Source of the DNA: Podospora anserina
Lineage: Eukaryota
DNA: 64,000 bases
Reading direction: 5' to 3'
NCBI GenBank assembly: GCA_017654855.1
Contig: JAFMPO010000001.1
Location: forward strand, 434,001-498,000
This document shows positions 38,560 through 52,355 of this stretch, piece by piece. Every line of letters begins with the position of its first letter. Within the stretch, counting starts at the first letter, position 1. Position numbers and translations under genes: made by a program. A model generated the notes under the pieces. It saw only the letters and a program-made list of their open reading frames with translations. It was not told the DNA's origin and searched no databases.

Positions 38560-38819
38560 GGGACTTGCCATGGAAACACAGATCTGTTCGCTGAGACGTT
38601 TGCGATGTCTCTGGTTGTGTAAGAACGAGGATGCATGTAAACATGACCGTCAATAATTAGAATGGCCACCCCGGCCTGCTATGCTATGCTCAAGGACGAA
38701 ACCAACCGCACATGCTCAAGGATGAGAACAACCCCCTATGCTCAGCACCACCTACTGTCCAATCTGATAGGACATTCCATGGTAGACCCCTTTAACGGCA
38801 AACGACGACCTCAGCCTCT

Positions 38820-38923
38820 CTAAAACAACCGGTCCTCCCTCCCGTCCTGCCAACTAGTACAGTTGATACACCTTGCAGCCTGTTTTGTGAACCCCCGTTA
38901 GCCAACAACCTAACAACCTCCCC

Positions 38924-38959
<36 letters not shown>

Positions 38960-39506
38960 TCAAGAGTAGACTCACCTTCTCATTAATATTCTTCCGACAA
39001 TACCTGCACTTAACAGTACGTTTGATGATCGGATCCTTCGAAAAAAACTGATATGTCGCCGCCATCCCATACAAGCTCATCCCCACACCAATAAAATTAA
39101 TCAACCTGTTCAAGAAAAAGCCATAAGCCATCACCACCGCCCCGTCCGCCTGCGCCTGCTTCAAAGTATTATACCCCCCCTCCCCCTTATAATTCGACCC
39201 CCCTTTCAACACGGCAAATTTCTCCTCCAGGTTCTTGTTCAGCGGCAACAACACCGAAATTGGCGGCAGCAAAATATCCGTCACGAGCGAGGTCACAAGG
39301 GCGGTGAACATGGACGCGATGATCAGACCGAACGCGATCTCGAGCACGTTTCCCTGGAAGGCAAAGTCGATGAAGCCGTGCAGGAAGCGATGGGCTTTGG
39401 CCCGCCCACGATCCAAGAGGTCATCGTCCTCGTCTCCGTCGTACGAGGCGCTGCGGCCTGGCGGGGGGGAATCGGTGTACGTTCCTTCTGTGGTGAGGCG
39501 GGGCAT
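38820..39506 (-). CDS. mscL: Fungal MscL-like large-conductance mechanosensitive channel homolog, 2 exons
   Basis: GFIDFAFQGNVLEIAFGLII matches the MscL S1/TM1 pattern ([20 protein letters not shown]). Also LVTDILLPPI and YGFFLNRLINF. Intron 38975-38880. Confidence 0.87.
38925..38955. repeat. 31-nt homopolymer (poly-A on +) inside the MscL-like intron
   Basis: Directly visible. Confidence 0.9.
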
Positions 39507-40009
39507 CGTGGATCTTTGGACCGTATATATATGTATATGCCGAGAAATGCAGGTTTTGGGAAAAATGAGGACTGTTGTTGAAAGTATCGTGAAGTGAGAC
39601 AAGACGTTGGGTGTGAAACCCAAACGGGGGCCGCTCCTTCGACGTCACTGTTTCCTGATTGGGGCCACATAAGGGAGGTGCGGGGAGCAGAATCTTGGCA
39701 ACTTCTGCCCCTCAAGATTGATGTTGATACGCTTTGCTTGACGATACACTACCACACACTTCATGACTGCGATCATGCGTTCAACCAAATGCCATGTTGC
39801 TATTACACATACACACCACAGTAGACCGACAATTTGCCACAAATAACAAGAGAAAGCTGCCACCCCGAAACGTCCCACATTTCCCAGCTTCACATAACTT
39901 GTGCTTAACCCGGTGCAACTCTGACTCCCATATAAACTGTGAACCATGTGATCCCCATTATGAACAAGAAAGCTAGGAACTCGAGCATTTCTCCCCGCTA
40001 TCCTCAAAT

Positions 40010-43000
40010 CTAATCGCTCATGTCGAAATCATCGCTTTCGTCATCCCCACCACCGCCACCTATCGAGTCATCCTCATCGCTGTCAATCACAATCGGCTTC
40101 TTCTTCACGGCTGCGGCACGACCAGGCCTGGCCTTGGGCCTGGCTGCGGGAGGACTATCTGGGGCATCTTCCATAGCCTCATCGCCCTCATCGTCGCTCA
40201 AGCCTTTTTGAGCTTTGGCCTTCTTAGCAGCATACGCCTTCGCAGCTGGTGAGAGATGTGGTGCCTTGGGCTTAGCAGCGGCTGTTTTGGCGGTCTTGGT
40301 AACAGCGGCCTTGGCCTTGGGAGCAGTTGCCTCATCCTTGTCCTTAGTGCTCTTGCTGCCGGCAGGACGTCCACGCTTCTTGGCCGGTGCTGGAACGACA
40401 CTGAGAGGGGCCTTTGCCTTGGATGCTGCCTTGGGAGCAGGTTTGGCAGCGGGAACGTCGTCGTCTGATAGGAAATCATCCAAGTTATCCTCCTTGGTCT
40501 TCAGGGGGGATGACCTGGCGAGCGCCTCGTAATTGGTGTCGTCGTGGTCGTCCAAGTCGAGACTGGGCTTGGATGGCTTGGACTTCATCTTGGGGAGAAC
40601 TGAAGTATCCCCACCTCCAGAATGGGACATGGCAAACAGACTAAGCCTGCCACCGCTGCTGCTCGAAGCTGGAGCTCCTATGCCCTTGACCATAGCACCG
40701 ACATCACCGAGCTTCAAGCTGTCGTCACTATCCGAATCATCGCTGAGCTTATACATCGGCTTGGCCTTGGCTGCGGCTGCACGCTTGGCTGGTGGTTTCG
40801 CCTCAAAGTCGTCTTCAGAGTCATCATCACTGAGCTTGTAGGATGGCTTTGCTTTGGCCGCGGCCGCGCGCTTGACGGGCGGCTTCTCCTCCACTTCCTC
40901 GTCCGATTCGTTGTCGCTGAGCTTGTATGACGGCTTCGCCTTGGCTGCTGCTGCTGCCACGCGCTTGACGGGCGGCTTCTCGGCCACGGCCTCCTCGGGT
41001 TCTGAAGCCATATCCACATCTTCATCTACTGAAGGTTTACCCAAATCCATAAAGTCCTCGTCCGAGTCATCCGATACCACATACTTGGACTTCGCAGCAG
41101 CCGCGCGCTTGGTACGACCGTTGGTTGCTGTGGGAGCCTCCGACTCTTCCTTCACTTTAGTGTTGATGGGCATTGCCTTCTTACCCAAGAGGGCAAAATC
41201 GTCATCAGATATCCCACCGCCCGCTTCAACATCTGGCAAGGTTTTGTCAGCGACAGGCTTCGGCTTGGACTTTGCCTGAAACGCCTCGGCAAACCGCTGC
41301 TGGGTTTTCTCCGTCTTGATAGGCACAGGAGCAGCCTTGACGGCCTTGGCCCTAGATTTCTTCTCTGGCTCATAGGCGTCATCATCCTTCCGACGGCGGC
41401 CTCCTCCCTTCCCTACACCGAGCTTGTCCGACTTGCGGCGACCCATTCTGCGAATGCCGGTGGCGATCTCATCGTCCAGCTTCAGCTGCGTTTCCCACTC
41501 CTCTTGGAAAGCATCCAAATCCTTGACCCAAAGGTCCTTCTCGCTCAGAGCCTGCAGTTCATCATGCTCCGCCTTCTTGGCCGCAATCTGGTTTTTGAGT
41601 CTCTCAAGACGCTCGCTGGTGAAAGACCAGACAGGCATCGAAAGCAGGTAGTCGTAGTCACGAGCGCCTCCAGCGGTGTCGTCATCTTCGGCCTCTTCAG
41701 CAGCCATTTCCTCGTCAGGCGACTTGACCTTCTTATCCTCCTTGGGAGGGAATGCCTCATAGTCGCGGTCACGAAGCTCCTGCACCAAGACAGCCTTCTT
41801 CTTTCGGTTGACCACCATCTTGTTGTCGATGATTTCCGTGATGAAACGGTACTGGTTCTTGAGCTTCCGGTAATCGGCGTGGTACACCTTGAGCCAATGC
41901 TTCTTGCGCTCTGTGTACATCTTCAGGCGGTAGTGGTAGTATTCCTCCATGATCTCCTCCACATTGTCGTATTTTCTGATCTTGCCCTGAGTGTCAAAGG
42001 CCACCAAGTTGGTTGTGGAGACGGTAGTGGTAAGCTTGAACTTCTCCAACAGACCCTCCCTGAGGGCTGCCTCTCGGTGCTTCTCGTCCATGTCAATGAT
42101 GAAATGGACCGTCTTGTGGTCGTTGAACTCCTTGTAATCCTTGATGAAGGTCGGTGTCTTGTCGTTCTGGATGATGTCCTCAAGCTTAGCCTTGAAGTCA
42201 TCAGTCCACATGCGGATTGGCAATTCAGTAACGTGGATCTCGTTTGGGTTCTGCTCATCTTGCCTGATAATACCGTTGAAACGCCACTTGTTGGGCGCTT
42301 CCTGCTCCGGAGTTCCTTTCCAACCACGCCACCATGGTGCCATGGGGACGAAGGGCTTCTCCTCGGTATCGTCAGGGTCAAACCTTCCCATCCGGCGCCT
42401 CAGATTCTCCACTATGTGCATGGGGTGGTAGTTGGGAATCGAAGTACTCCAGCCGGTACCAATACCGTCGGCACCATTGACCAAGACCATTGGTAGGATC
42501 GGAGCATACACCTTGGGCTCGATCATGTTGCCGTCGTCGAACTGGTACTCGAGATTGGGCTCGTCAAGCTTGGAGAAGACCTTGCGCGCAAACGGGGACA
42601 GTCTCGTGTGAATGTAACGAGCGCTGGCAGAATCTTTTCCACCAGAGAGTCGGGAACCAAAGTTGCCGCTAGGTTCTAGGCAGTTGACGTTGTTCGAGCC
42701 GACAAAGGTCTGAGCTAGACCAATGATTGTCTGCTGCAGAGATTGTTCACCGTGATGGTAGGCGGCTTGCTCGGAAATATAACCGGCAAGTTCCACAACC
42801 TTCTGGTCGTTGACAAGATTGCGCTTGAAGGCAGAGTAAATGACCTTGCGCTGACCAGGCTTGAAGCCGTCGATCATGGACGGGATCGATCGGATGTTGT
42901 CAGCCATACTGAACAGAATGAATTCGTTCTGGAGGAACTGGGAGTAACTGATTCTCTGAGCCGTAGAGTCGAGGAAGGTTCCCGGAACAAAGTTGCCCAA

Positions 43001-45503
43001 CCATTCTTTGCGAGCATCGGCCTTCTTTTTGCTGAAGATCATGTCAAGCATCTGAGACTCCTCTGGCTTGAGTGTCTCGAATTCTTTGAGATGGCGATCC
43101 AGATCAGTGAAGTAGACTTGGGCGTCTTCGTTCGAAGAACTACCCAACCCCTTCAAGTACTTGTACTTCCACTTCCGGAGTTCATTCTTGTTGTTCTCTT
43201 TCCACGTCTCATACTCGACGAGGTTGAAGAACGACTTGGGACGCAGAGGCTTCTTTGGGTTTGTGCCTTGCCACACCTTGACGACAGGGGTGATGAACTG
43301 CTGGAAGAAGTTGGGGATGCGCAGCAGCGAAGGAAACTGAACCTCAAGGAAGTTGATGAGCAAGCCCTTGATATGACTGCCGTCCAAATCCTGATCGGCC
43401 ATGATCATCAAATGGCCGTATCGGAGACCCCTGGTATCGGTGTACACTTGCTTGTGCTTCAGACCCAGGAACTTTTTGATGTTTTCGATTTCCTTATTCT
43501 TCATGATCTGCTCGGTCGATGCGTCACGCACGTTCAGCATCTTTCCACGAAGAGGGAACACGCCGATGCGATCCGGATCCAGGACAGCGCGACCAGCAAC
43601 GGCCAATGCTCTGGCAGAGTCACCTTCCGTCAAGATCAGGGTACACTCGTGGCCACGCTTGGTGCCCGCCAAGTTGGCGTCGACAAGCTTCTCGTTGCTC
43701 ACACGAGCACGCTTGTTGCCGTCCGATTTTGCCAGCATCTTATCCGCTTTCCTTTCAGCAAACTCCATGATGTTGGCGATGACTTCAGACTTTTGGACCT
43801 TTTTGAGAAAGGCATCACTCAGGATACACTTGCTACCAAAGGCACTAACTTTGGTCGTCAGTTGCTCCTTGGTCTGGGAGGTGAAGGCAGGGTTGTCGAC
43901 CAAACAGTTGATGAAGATGAAGATGTAGTTGCGGAAGTTGGCCGGCTTGAGACCATGGCCCTTCTTCTTCTTGTTGAGCTCCTTCAGAAGGGCTTCGGTG
44001 ATTTGATCGGCAATGTAGTTGACGTGTGTACCACCCGACGTTGTGGCGATATTGTTGACGAAGGACACTTGTTGGAACGAACCATCTGACACAGTGAACC
44101 CCACCTGCCACGTTCTGCCCTTGTCCCTGACCTCCTCATACTCTACATTCGCAGCAGTAGGTTTCTCGCCTTCGGGAACAACGTCACCCCGCTCGGCAGC
44201 GATTGATTTGGCGTATAGCTGGCAATAGCCCTTGAACTTGGCGATCTTGAGTTGCTCCCCGTTCAGCCAGACTTTGACGCTGGCCATGGTGCCTGCCATG
44301 TCGTACACACGGCGGTACATGAGGGCTTCCAAGTCGTCATCAATGCCGTTCTCCATGCCAAATCTCTTGTAGTCCGGAAGGAAGGTCACTCTGACGAAGT
44401 CGTTGGTCTTGTTGGCTGTGATTTTGGGCTTTTCCATCTTGGACATGTTGTCGGTCCAGGTCTGCTTGTATCGCTTGCCGTTGACGCTATCCTGGCACTC
44501 CAGAGTGAACTTCAAACTGAAGATATTGGTAAGCTTCGCACCGTAACCGTTGCGACCACCGACCGTCTTCTTCTCATCATCGTCGTAGTTCGAACCGGTG
44601 AGAAGGTGACCAAAGATAAGCTCGGGGATATAGCAGCCCTCCTTCTGATGCATCTCAACCGGGATTCCCTTGCCGTTGTTCTCGACTGAAATCTCACCCG
44701 TCTCGCTATCGATGGTCACCTTGAGAAAGGTCATGGAGGCATCGCGCTGGCTGTTGTCCGCGGCGTTGACAAGGATTTCGTCAAAGATCTTGTAGAGACC
44801 AGGAACAAAGGATACAACACGATTCTCCATCAACTTTTCCGTCTTGTTGAAAACCCACATCTTTTGGTCGGTGCGTTCAACGGACCCGATATAGGTATCG
44901 GGGCGCTTGATGATGTGCTCGAGCTGCGTGAGCTTCTGGTATGTTTCGGTGGCGGATTTGGAGGACTTGGAGGCAGCTGCCAGGGCTGGCTCATCGTCGA
45001 TCAGCATGCTGTCGTTCTCGATCTCAGCCAGTGGCTTGCCACTGGACTTCTTCGCCGGTGCCTTCTTCTGCTTCTTAGCCATCGGAGGAGTGCTGGAGAG
45101 AGGCCTATCGTCATCGCTATCATCGCTATCCGGCTTCGTTCTCTTCTTGGGCGCCGCCTTCGCCTTGCCGACCGTGAGCTTGGTTTGGACCATCTTGGCA
45201 GCTTTCGCGGCAGGCGCTTTCTTCGGCGCAGCCTTAGCTTTTGTTTTCTGTAGCAGATGTTGTTAGCTTTGCTGTTGCTTGCGCTTGTATTGGTAGAATA
45301 GCTCAGTATTCAGAGTTGCTGCTTCAACTGAGCGATCCTCTGCTGCCGCCGAGTTACCGCTGGGTAACCAGACTAGATGCAGTCTGCAAAACCAGTTCAA
45401 AGACGAAGGGAAGGGCACCAGGAAACATACGTACCACTTCTGGTGAGTATCCGTCAGACTCGCTCTGGGCAGTGTCAAAGACGGACTCCACGTCTGAATC
45501 CAT
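40010..45503 (-). CDS. TOP2: DNA topoisomerase II, 2 exons
   Basis: HIIKRPDTYIGS, GGRNGYGAKL, LTEGDSA, PLRGK, IMADQDLDGSHIKGL, YHHGE and catalytic SARY. Exon 1 is 45503-45435 and the intron is 45434-45248. Confidence 0.98.
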
Positions 45504-48500
45504 GTTGGCGATGACCTGGGAGGCGCGTTCCTCAAGTCGCGCGTCGCAAAGTCTTTAGCGCAACGTGAAAAGGGGCGGCAGAGGGAGAGCAAAGGCTTTG
45601 TTCTTTGGTACATGCAAAATTCGAAGGTGGAAAAGGGTCGAAATAAGACGAAGTCTCGACACCACACGACGCAACAATGGCGAAAAAAAGAGATTCCGCG
45701 AGAGGCCTCGATCAAATCGCCCAGCGTTTGTCGTCGAGTCGAAGGGAGTAGGCAAAATGAGAAGGAATGGAGGGGTCGCGTCACAAGACAGAGTTAAGAG
45801 GGATTGTTGTGGCGAGTGTAGCCGGCCGCAGGTAAACAAAGTCGTCGTTGTGCGTGGTCTCAGTGGTGGGTGTACTGCGAGCCTGCTGTGCGTTGTGTTC
45901 AATATTTCGTAGGGCGAGTTTTCCTCGACTAGGGTCTTCAATGCCGTGTCCAGGCACCATACGCGAACGAGACGCGACTTCCTGCTGAAAGTGGGGTCGG
46001 GGCTTGTGGTGCCTCAGGCCTGGCAAAACAAGAATCAGTAGCCCCACTTCTGCCAAGTTTTAGGAGCACCCAAGTGTCTGGCAGGTGGTAGATGACAAGA
46101 GGCAACGGAGCCTTCCATCTAGTGACTAGCCAATCATTTTACACAATTCCTTTCACCCATCTAGGCACAAACCACGGGCAACCGAAGAACGAACGACATT
46201 CCATTTTTCAGTTCGACACTTCCTGGCATGATTCATCTTCCCGAGCTGGCCCTAGTGACCCAAAGGGCCTCAATGGAAGGAACTGCCAGAAGGCCCCAAA
46301 AGATGGATAGCCAGATGACCCTACCGTGGAGGCACCAACGAAAATTTGTGACTTCAGCGTCGACACATGATGCAGATGAATTTCCAGGTTCCCACCCACC
46401 TCACCTCAGTGGTCCCAGCTTCCGAGTTGTTTGCTCAGATTTGCAGTTCTTTGGCGAAATCCGGAATCGTACACGTCTCTTTTCTCCGCCTGATTCACTG
46501 CCAGTTCCTTGCTCGTCCACACAGACTGGTCCGACTGGTCCGACTTCCAGCTGCGACAAGCGAGTAGCGGTACGACCACCACCGGCATCCCGTTTTTGTG
46601 TGCTCTCTTGCAAAGCCCATGCTCCAAGGGACTCAAGAATTCAAGGCTACCCATCGGCTCTTTTCTACATATTGGATGGGTATCCCACCCCGCACAAAAA
46701 TATCGAGTCTCGAGACGCTGGTTACATGTTGTATAGTTCAGTGCGCCCCTAGCCACGTTTGGTGAATTGTACTCGCCGCCGCCCATGCTAATTTAGATTG
46801 CTGTGGCCCAGCCTGGCAGTCCCCAGCCTGCCCAAAACCATTGCTAGCAATTGTTTGGATCGGGTCTCGAGAATGAACCCCACGGCAGCTACATGCTTTC
46901 CGCTTCGGTATGCCGGCGTCCGGTCGCCTCCATATCGCATCTGTTCCAGGACCAATCCGATCTAGGACTGCGGGCCCTGGCTTCTTCTATGGGGGACGAG
47001 GCTGTGGAGTTGTCTGTACCTCCTCGCAGACAGTCCTTTTCGATGTGGATCGAGACTCTCTACGCGTGACGAATGGGATGCTGTCGCGGCTCTGGATACC
47101 AGCAATGCTGTGGCACCTTGCGTCTGCTTGCAACATCCGGCGGATACAGGCTTCTCTTCCAATGCCCCGACGTGCTGCGTACAGCCGTGACAGTGACAGC
47201 TGGAGCTGTCTTACAACGGCGTGTAAAGGCTTTTGGAAGGGCACCCTTCTCGCTCGGTAACACGTCTAAGACCTCAACAGTATTTTACACATCTGAACTG
47301 TGATGCTCCCGGCTGGCAGACTGGCAGTCGGGGTCTCCTTGGACTGGACTGGGCATCAGTCTGCTTGTCCCTGATATCTCCCCAATGATGGTACTGTCTT
47401 CGAGTGGCTATGAACGCCAAGTTTGGCAGGGGGTGTCTCGAATACACTAACACCAGATTATGGGGGGCTCTGGTCGTCACTTGAACCGGTAGATTGTCTC
47501 GGCATATCCGGTCAATCTTTCAGTCTTGCAAACCGGCCTAGGTTGCTCTTAAATTGGGGGCGGGCCTTTCCACCACCCTCTGCCGGCGCGGCATTGCGAG
47601 AACTGTGATCGGCGAGGTCTGCTATGACTGCTGCGATAGGTTCACTTCTCCTGTCCGCCGGCGACTTCACTGGGCCTTCTTCGGGCTCTGTGCATCCGTT
47701 TGAGGCACCATACTGTCTGTGTTGGGCAGAACACTGTTGTGTATTGGCTCAGCGGGTGCTCACAGAAGTCGTCGCCGCGGGCTTTGAGCATGCCTAAGCG
47801 GCCGAGAGTCGAGGGCTCCATGTAGCCCTAAACATACGACAAGAAGCTGTCGCCTGAGTTTGGGCGAAATGGGGCCGCCCGATCTTCGTCAATGCCGAAG
47901 CAGGGTATACAGCACAGAGCTGGCCAGAGGATTGCACCTCTTTCTGGTTCTGCTCACTATCTGTCGCCAGCCTTTGCGCCACATCTTTTTTGAACTTCAT
48001 CACTTCGCTGGCTGACTTTGACTCGTCCAGTTGACAGTATGTCAAATTTGGGCCGGCTCGCTCTCCCTTCCCTGTCCTAGCCACCTGAAGGGCGATAACA
48101 GAAGAAAATATTTTTGTTGAGAGGAAGGATGCCTGATCGCCAACGTGGACAGCAGGTCAGCAAAACACCTGTACTTCTTTCGGACACTTTTTCGGTGCAA
48201 ACTTGTACAAGGTCAAGCTCGTGGGTTGGCAAGGCACAGTGCATTTGACAGATGCTCTTTTCCGCTGTATTGCGGCGAATCTCGGCGGAGAATATTGCGG
48301 AAAAGGATTTGCTCCTGTCTTTCTCTCGGGCTTCTCGAAGAGGCATGGAATATCACGGAATCGAGTTGCAATATGGCCATTTCGATTGGGAAAGTTATGG
48401 GTGCCTGGCAGCCCCTCTTGGTTCCTGGGCTGGGATGACTTCAAAGCAATCAATTTGACAGGCAATACGGTCGTCGGGGCGTCCCTCTAAAACAAGTCAT

Positions 48501-49737
48501 CTGACGGCCAATTATTACGCATCAGCAGCAAGAGATCCAAATGCTGACGGGCTCTTCATCCCCTGAAACGAGCTATCAAAACACGTCCTAGCGACAGAGG
48601 TAAAGCGGCCACGTGTGTCGAGTCAGTTAATCACTTGGGATTGCGGTGCTAGATGAGACGACGATGATGCTCCCTATTTTCTCTTTGTTACACGCTCACA
48701 TCGACGGAGTAGCCAAATAAGCCAACAATCTCAGCGGCAACCCTTCTGCAGCCATCCGACAGTCTCCCTCCTGCCCAGGGCTTCTCGAACAAGGCCTGTC
48801 CCTGCGAGAAGTTCATGGACCGCACTTGCCTCCCCAAACCTCTTTGTTCTGCCTTTGGCGGAACATGTAGACAACTTCCGGGGGCCTTTTGGTGTTGATA
48901 TCCACTTGAGGCACAAACACCTCTGGGATGTGTTGTGTTAGCTTCACTCGACTCCAATCTTTCTCGCAGAGTGTCTGGAACCGCAAAAGTTTACGAGGGC
49001 TAATACCGAAAACCTTGTTCTTGGAAAGTGTGGCTATCTTACGGCTCTCTCAACAGTGTGTTCCCACAATCCTGCCGCATATCTGGACCTATGATCTCGT
49101 GCCGAACATAGCCCGACAGGAGACACAGTCACCAAAACCATAGTGGCACCCCAATCCAGCCGGTCTGCCTCGCCGTCTGGCTCTGGATGTTCCAGCTATT
49201 TCTCAGCGTGCTGCCATCGTTTGAACCATCATTCATCGGGCTATCGACCGCCTTTTCCCCGTCATTTCTCACATTTGGGCTCTTGCTCAGGTGAGCAAAG
49301 AGCGGTGGGAAGACCAAACAAACCCCTACTCGCCAGGAAGTCGAATCCCTGGATGCCCCGGACAAAGGAATCACATCGAGAACGCTGCGCGGACGAAATC
49401 TGTCTCTCGCGGCTGCATGACACTGCGTGCCGGTGGTCAAGAAAAGAAAGGCAACACCCGAGCTCCTTGTTGCTGTGTGCGAGCCTCAAGGGGTATTTAC
49501 AGGCTTCCCAGCTTGCGAGGGTGCTCAGCGTGAGCTTTGTTGTTTGTAGCCTGAAAGGGAATGGGTTTCCAACATCAAGTCTCTCTCAGCCACAGACGCA
49601 AGCACTGTCTGACTTGGTGATTGTGTCCCCTCCAGTCGCTAGGCCTGCCACCCTTATTACCCCTCCCATCTCTCTCCCCAAGAGTTGCAGTGGTAGCGAG
49701 CGAGGCACGCGAGACATCTCCACAACATATCACCGCC

Positions 49738-51833
49738 ATGGTATCAGTAGCCTCTCTTCTTAACCCGGAGCCTCCTCGGGCTCCGTTGCCAAGTTCTCGA
49801 CCCAGTCAATTCGCTTCACCTTCAGCTCGTCCAGCTGTCGCCTTTACATCAGGACCATCACCCGACAGGCCGGGGACCAGGACAGCAAACATGCAAGACG
49901 ATCCCAGACCAGCTCGACATGCAGTCAGAGGCATGGTCAACTATCCACCGTTCGAGGACCTGGATGCAACCTCGCTCCACGAGGTCCACAGGTTCCATGT
50001 GTCAGATCTGCGGGAGATTCAGAGCAACTGCCGCCGGATTCCTTACCACAGCCAAAAGAAAGACTTCTATCAGAAGACCGGGCGAGAAAGCTTCGAAGGT
50101 AAACCAACAAGAAGTCCGGACTGCATCGCGGGATACCTGTACTGACTTTGACAGTTTTCGAGTACTCTTTTAGACTTCCCAGGGACAGTCGCCTTCGATC
50201 AGACAACACTTACACCGTCATGTGGGATTACAATGTTGGCCTCGTGCGCATGACTCCATTCTTCAAGTGTCTTGAATACGGGAAGGTTTGTTTGTTCCGG
50301 TGCTCGGTCCTGGATGAGGAGGGAAATTTGCTGATTACATTAGACTACTCCTGCGAAAATGCTCAACCAGAACCCAGGGCTCAAGGACATTACGCACAGC
50401 ATCACTGGGGGATCTATTATCGCCCAAGGTATGCTATGCACGAGAGATTACCTACGATAGATATGCTAATGCATGTCGCAGGCTACTGGATGCCATACTC
50501 CTGTGCCAAGGCTGTCTGTGCAACATTCTGTTACCAGATTGCAGGTGCCTTGATTCCCCTATTCGGCCCAAGTTTCCCCTCGGAGTGCATTCGGGAAGGT
50601 ATGCCTGGCTACAAACACATGGTCATCGATCCCGACATCATTGCCAAAGCTAGGCTGGAGGCAAGGCGACTGCTACATCTTCCAACACCACGCAGTGGCC
50701 CTCTACTCAGTCCACGCATGTCTCGCAGCGTCAGTCCTCGACCATGTCCACGACCGCCCCGGCTGGCCGCCGAGCCCTACAGCAACCGGATAGACTACGA
50801 TCGACCGATGCCTTTGAGTCCGCATAGTAACGCAGACCACGAATTCTATGCTGGATCGCCTGATATCTACAGTCGTAATACACCCACCGAATTCATGCCC
50901 GGCGGATATGGGACTGGTATCCGTCCACCACCAATGAACACTCCAACAAGATGGACTCCAGTAAACCTTCCACGGCCGTATCCATCGTATCGCTCTGATC
51001 CATCTACTGAACGGGAGCAGCGTCGCCCGCAGCATCAACACTATCACTATCCGCAACCGTGGACAAGGAACAACATTGAAGACAAGTCCTACGGATCTCG
51101 AGCCAATCCATGGCTCTCGGCAGTTCCACGTATTCCATCACTATACCCTCAACACGCCGTACGGTCCCCCACCATTCAAAATACTACTGCACGACCATAC
51201 GAGCGTCCCGCGCATACGTTACCACCCATTCGAAGTCTCTATCAAAGCCTTGGTGCGAATAAACGGACATTTGATCAGATCGAGCGGCCTACAAGCAGTC
51301 ACTCCACGCCCGCAACTGACCAAAGGCCGGATATTAGTCCTTACCCCAAACTCCGTGGTCTTCCTCCCGCCTCGCGATCCCTAAGCCCGAGTATGCAATC
51401 GGTTAGGCCGGCTTCGGAGGAGGATGCTGCGCTAACACTGATGCGACTTTGCGAAAAAACGAGCAAGCAGGAGGAGAAACAGGAGCGAGAGCAGAGACAA
51501 GATGATGCCATTCCGGAGAGTTCAGGTGTGGGACCAAAAGGCGAGAGCAATACTATTTCCAGCAGTCTGGTAACGACTATCGGCAGTCCTACGTGCAGCA
51601 GCGGCGGCCAGACAAGGGTATGGAGCGAGGATGCTGATTTGAAGATGGAGCACGCCAGCACACCGTCATCTCCACATGCTGGTGACGCCAATGTGACTTC
51701 CACACCCAATTCACTGGCCACCAGGTCCGTGTCCTCCTCCTCTGACGCCGACGACGAAGACAATGATGATTGCAACGACGATGTAAGTCCCAGGCGCAGG
51801 GGAGGGTCAAAGAGGAGGAGGGTTCTGAGCTGA
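49738..51833 (+). CDS. XBP1: APSES/KilA-N transcription factor, Xbp1-like, 4 exons
   Basis: Spliced domain YTVMWDYNVGLVRMTPFFKC...[55 protein letters not shown] start and a disordered C-terminus. Confidence 0.85.
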
Positions 51834-52355
51834 TGTGATGAAACTTGGCTGCTGCTCTCGATGTTCATTTTACGCTACACTGCCAGTATTCCTGGGGTTT
51901 TGCTCAAGTCATTATCCACTTCATTCTCATCTTCCACATGTCACTACTTCATTTTTACCTAAATAGCCAACACCACCTGCCACGTGGGTGGGATTTGGGG
52001 AGCCAGGTCTCGGGCTGGTTTTGTCGAGTATGGATTTCATGGTATGAGCAAAAGGTTGAGGGAAATTTCTGGTGTTTCGAGGCAATGGGACAAGAAAAGA
52101 AAAAGGAGGCGCTTCGGTTTGGGGGTTTTTTATCCACGAGGCGGTTGGCGAGCATTGATATTGGAATGTTACTGCTTGTTCTTTGCATATTTTACCTGAG
52201 TTCATGGCTATGCTTATCGGTCTTTTCTTGTTTTCTTTCCTTCGTTTTCATAATTCTTGAATATTTGGCATTGCTGCTGGGGAAGTTTTTTGGGTGAGGA
52301 ACAGAAAACGAAAAGCTAGACGCCGCCGGGCAAACACGAAGAGGACTTTGGCCCG

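Noticed and set aside
41504-44089. Long + strand ORFs (330 aa and 448 aa) opposite TOP2, and similar antisense ORFs over the NMO, HIS5, SUR7 and IMPase genes
   Set aside because: They are antisense shadows caused by codon bias of the real genes and carry no recognisable motifs.
45248-45434. Double donor GTAC|GTATGT in the TOP2 intron as a second stwintron
   Set aside because: GTACGT is already a normal donor giving the correct frame, and no internal branch/acceptor that would rebuild a donor was found.
46000-49700. Many short ORFs in the TOP2-XBP1 intergenic region
   Set aside because: No coherent exon chain, codon bias or motif. A degenerate gene cannot be excluded but is unsupported.
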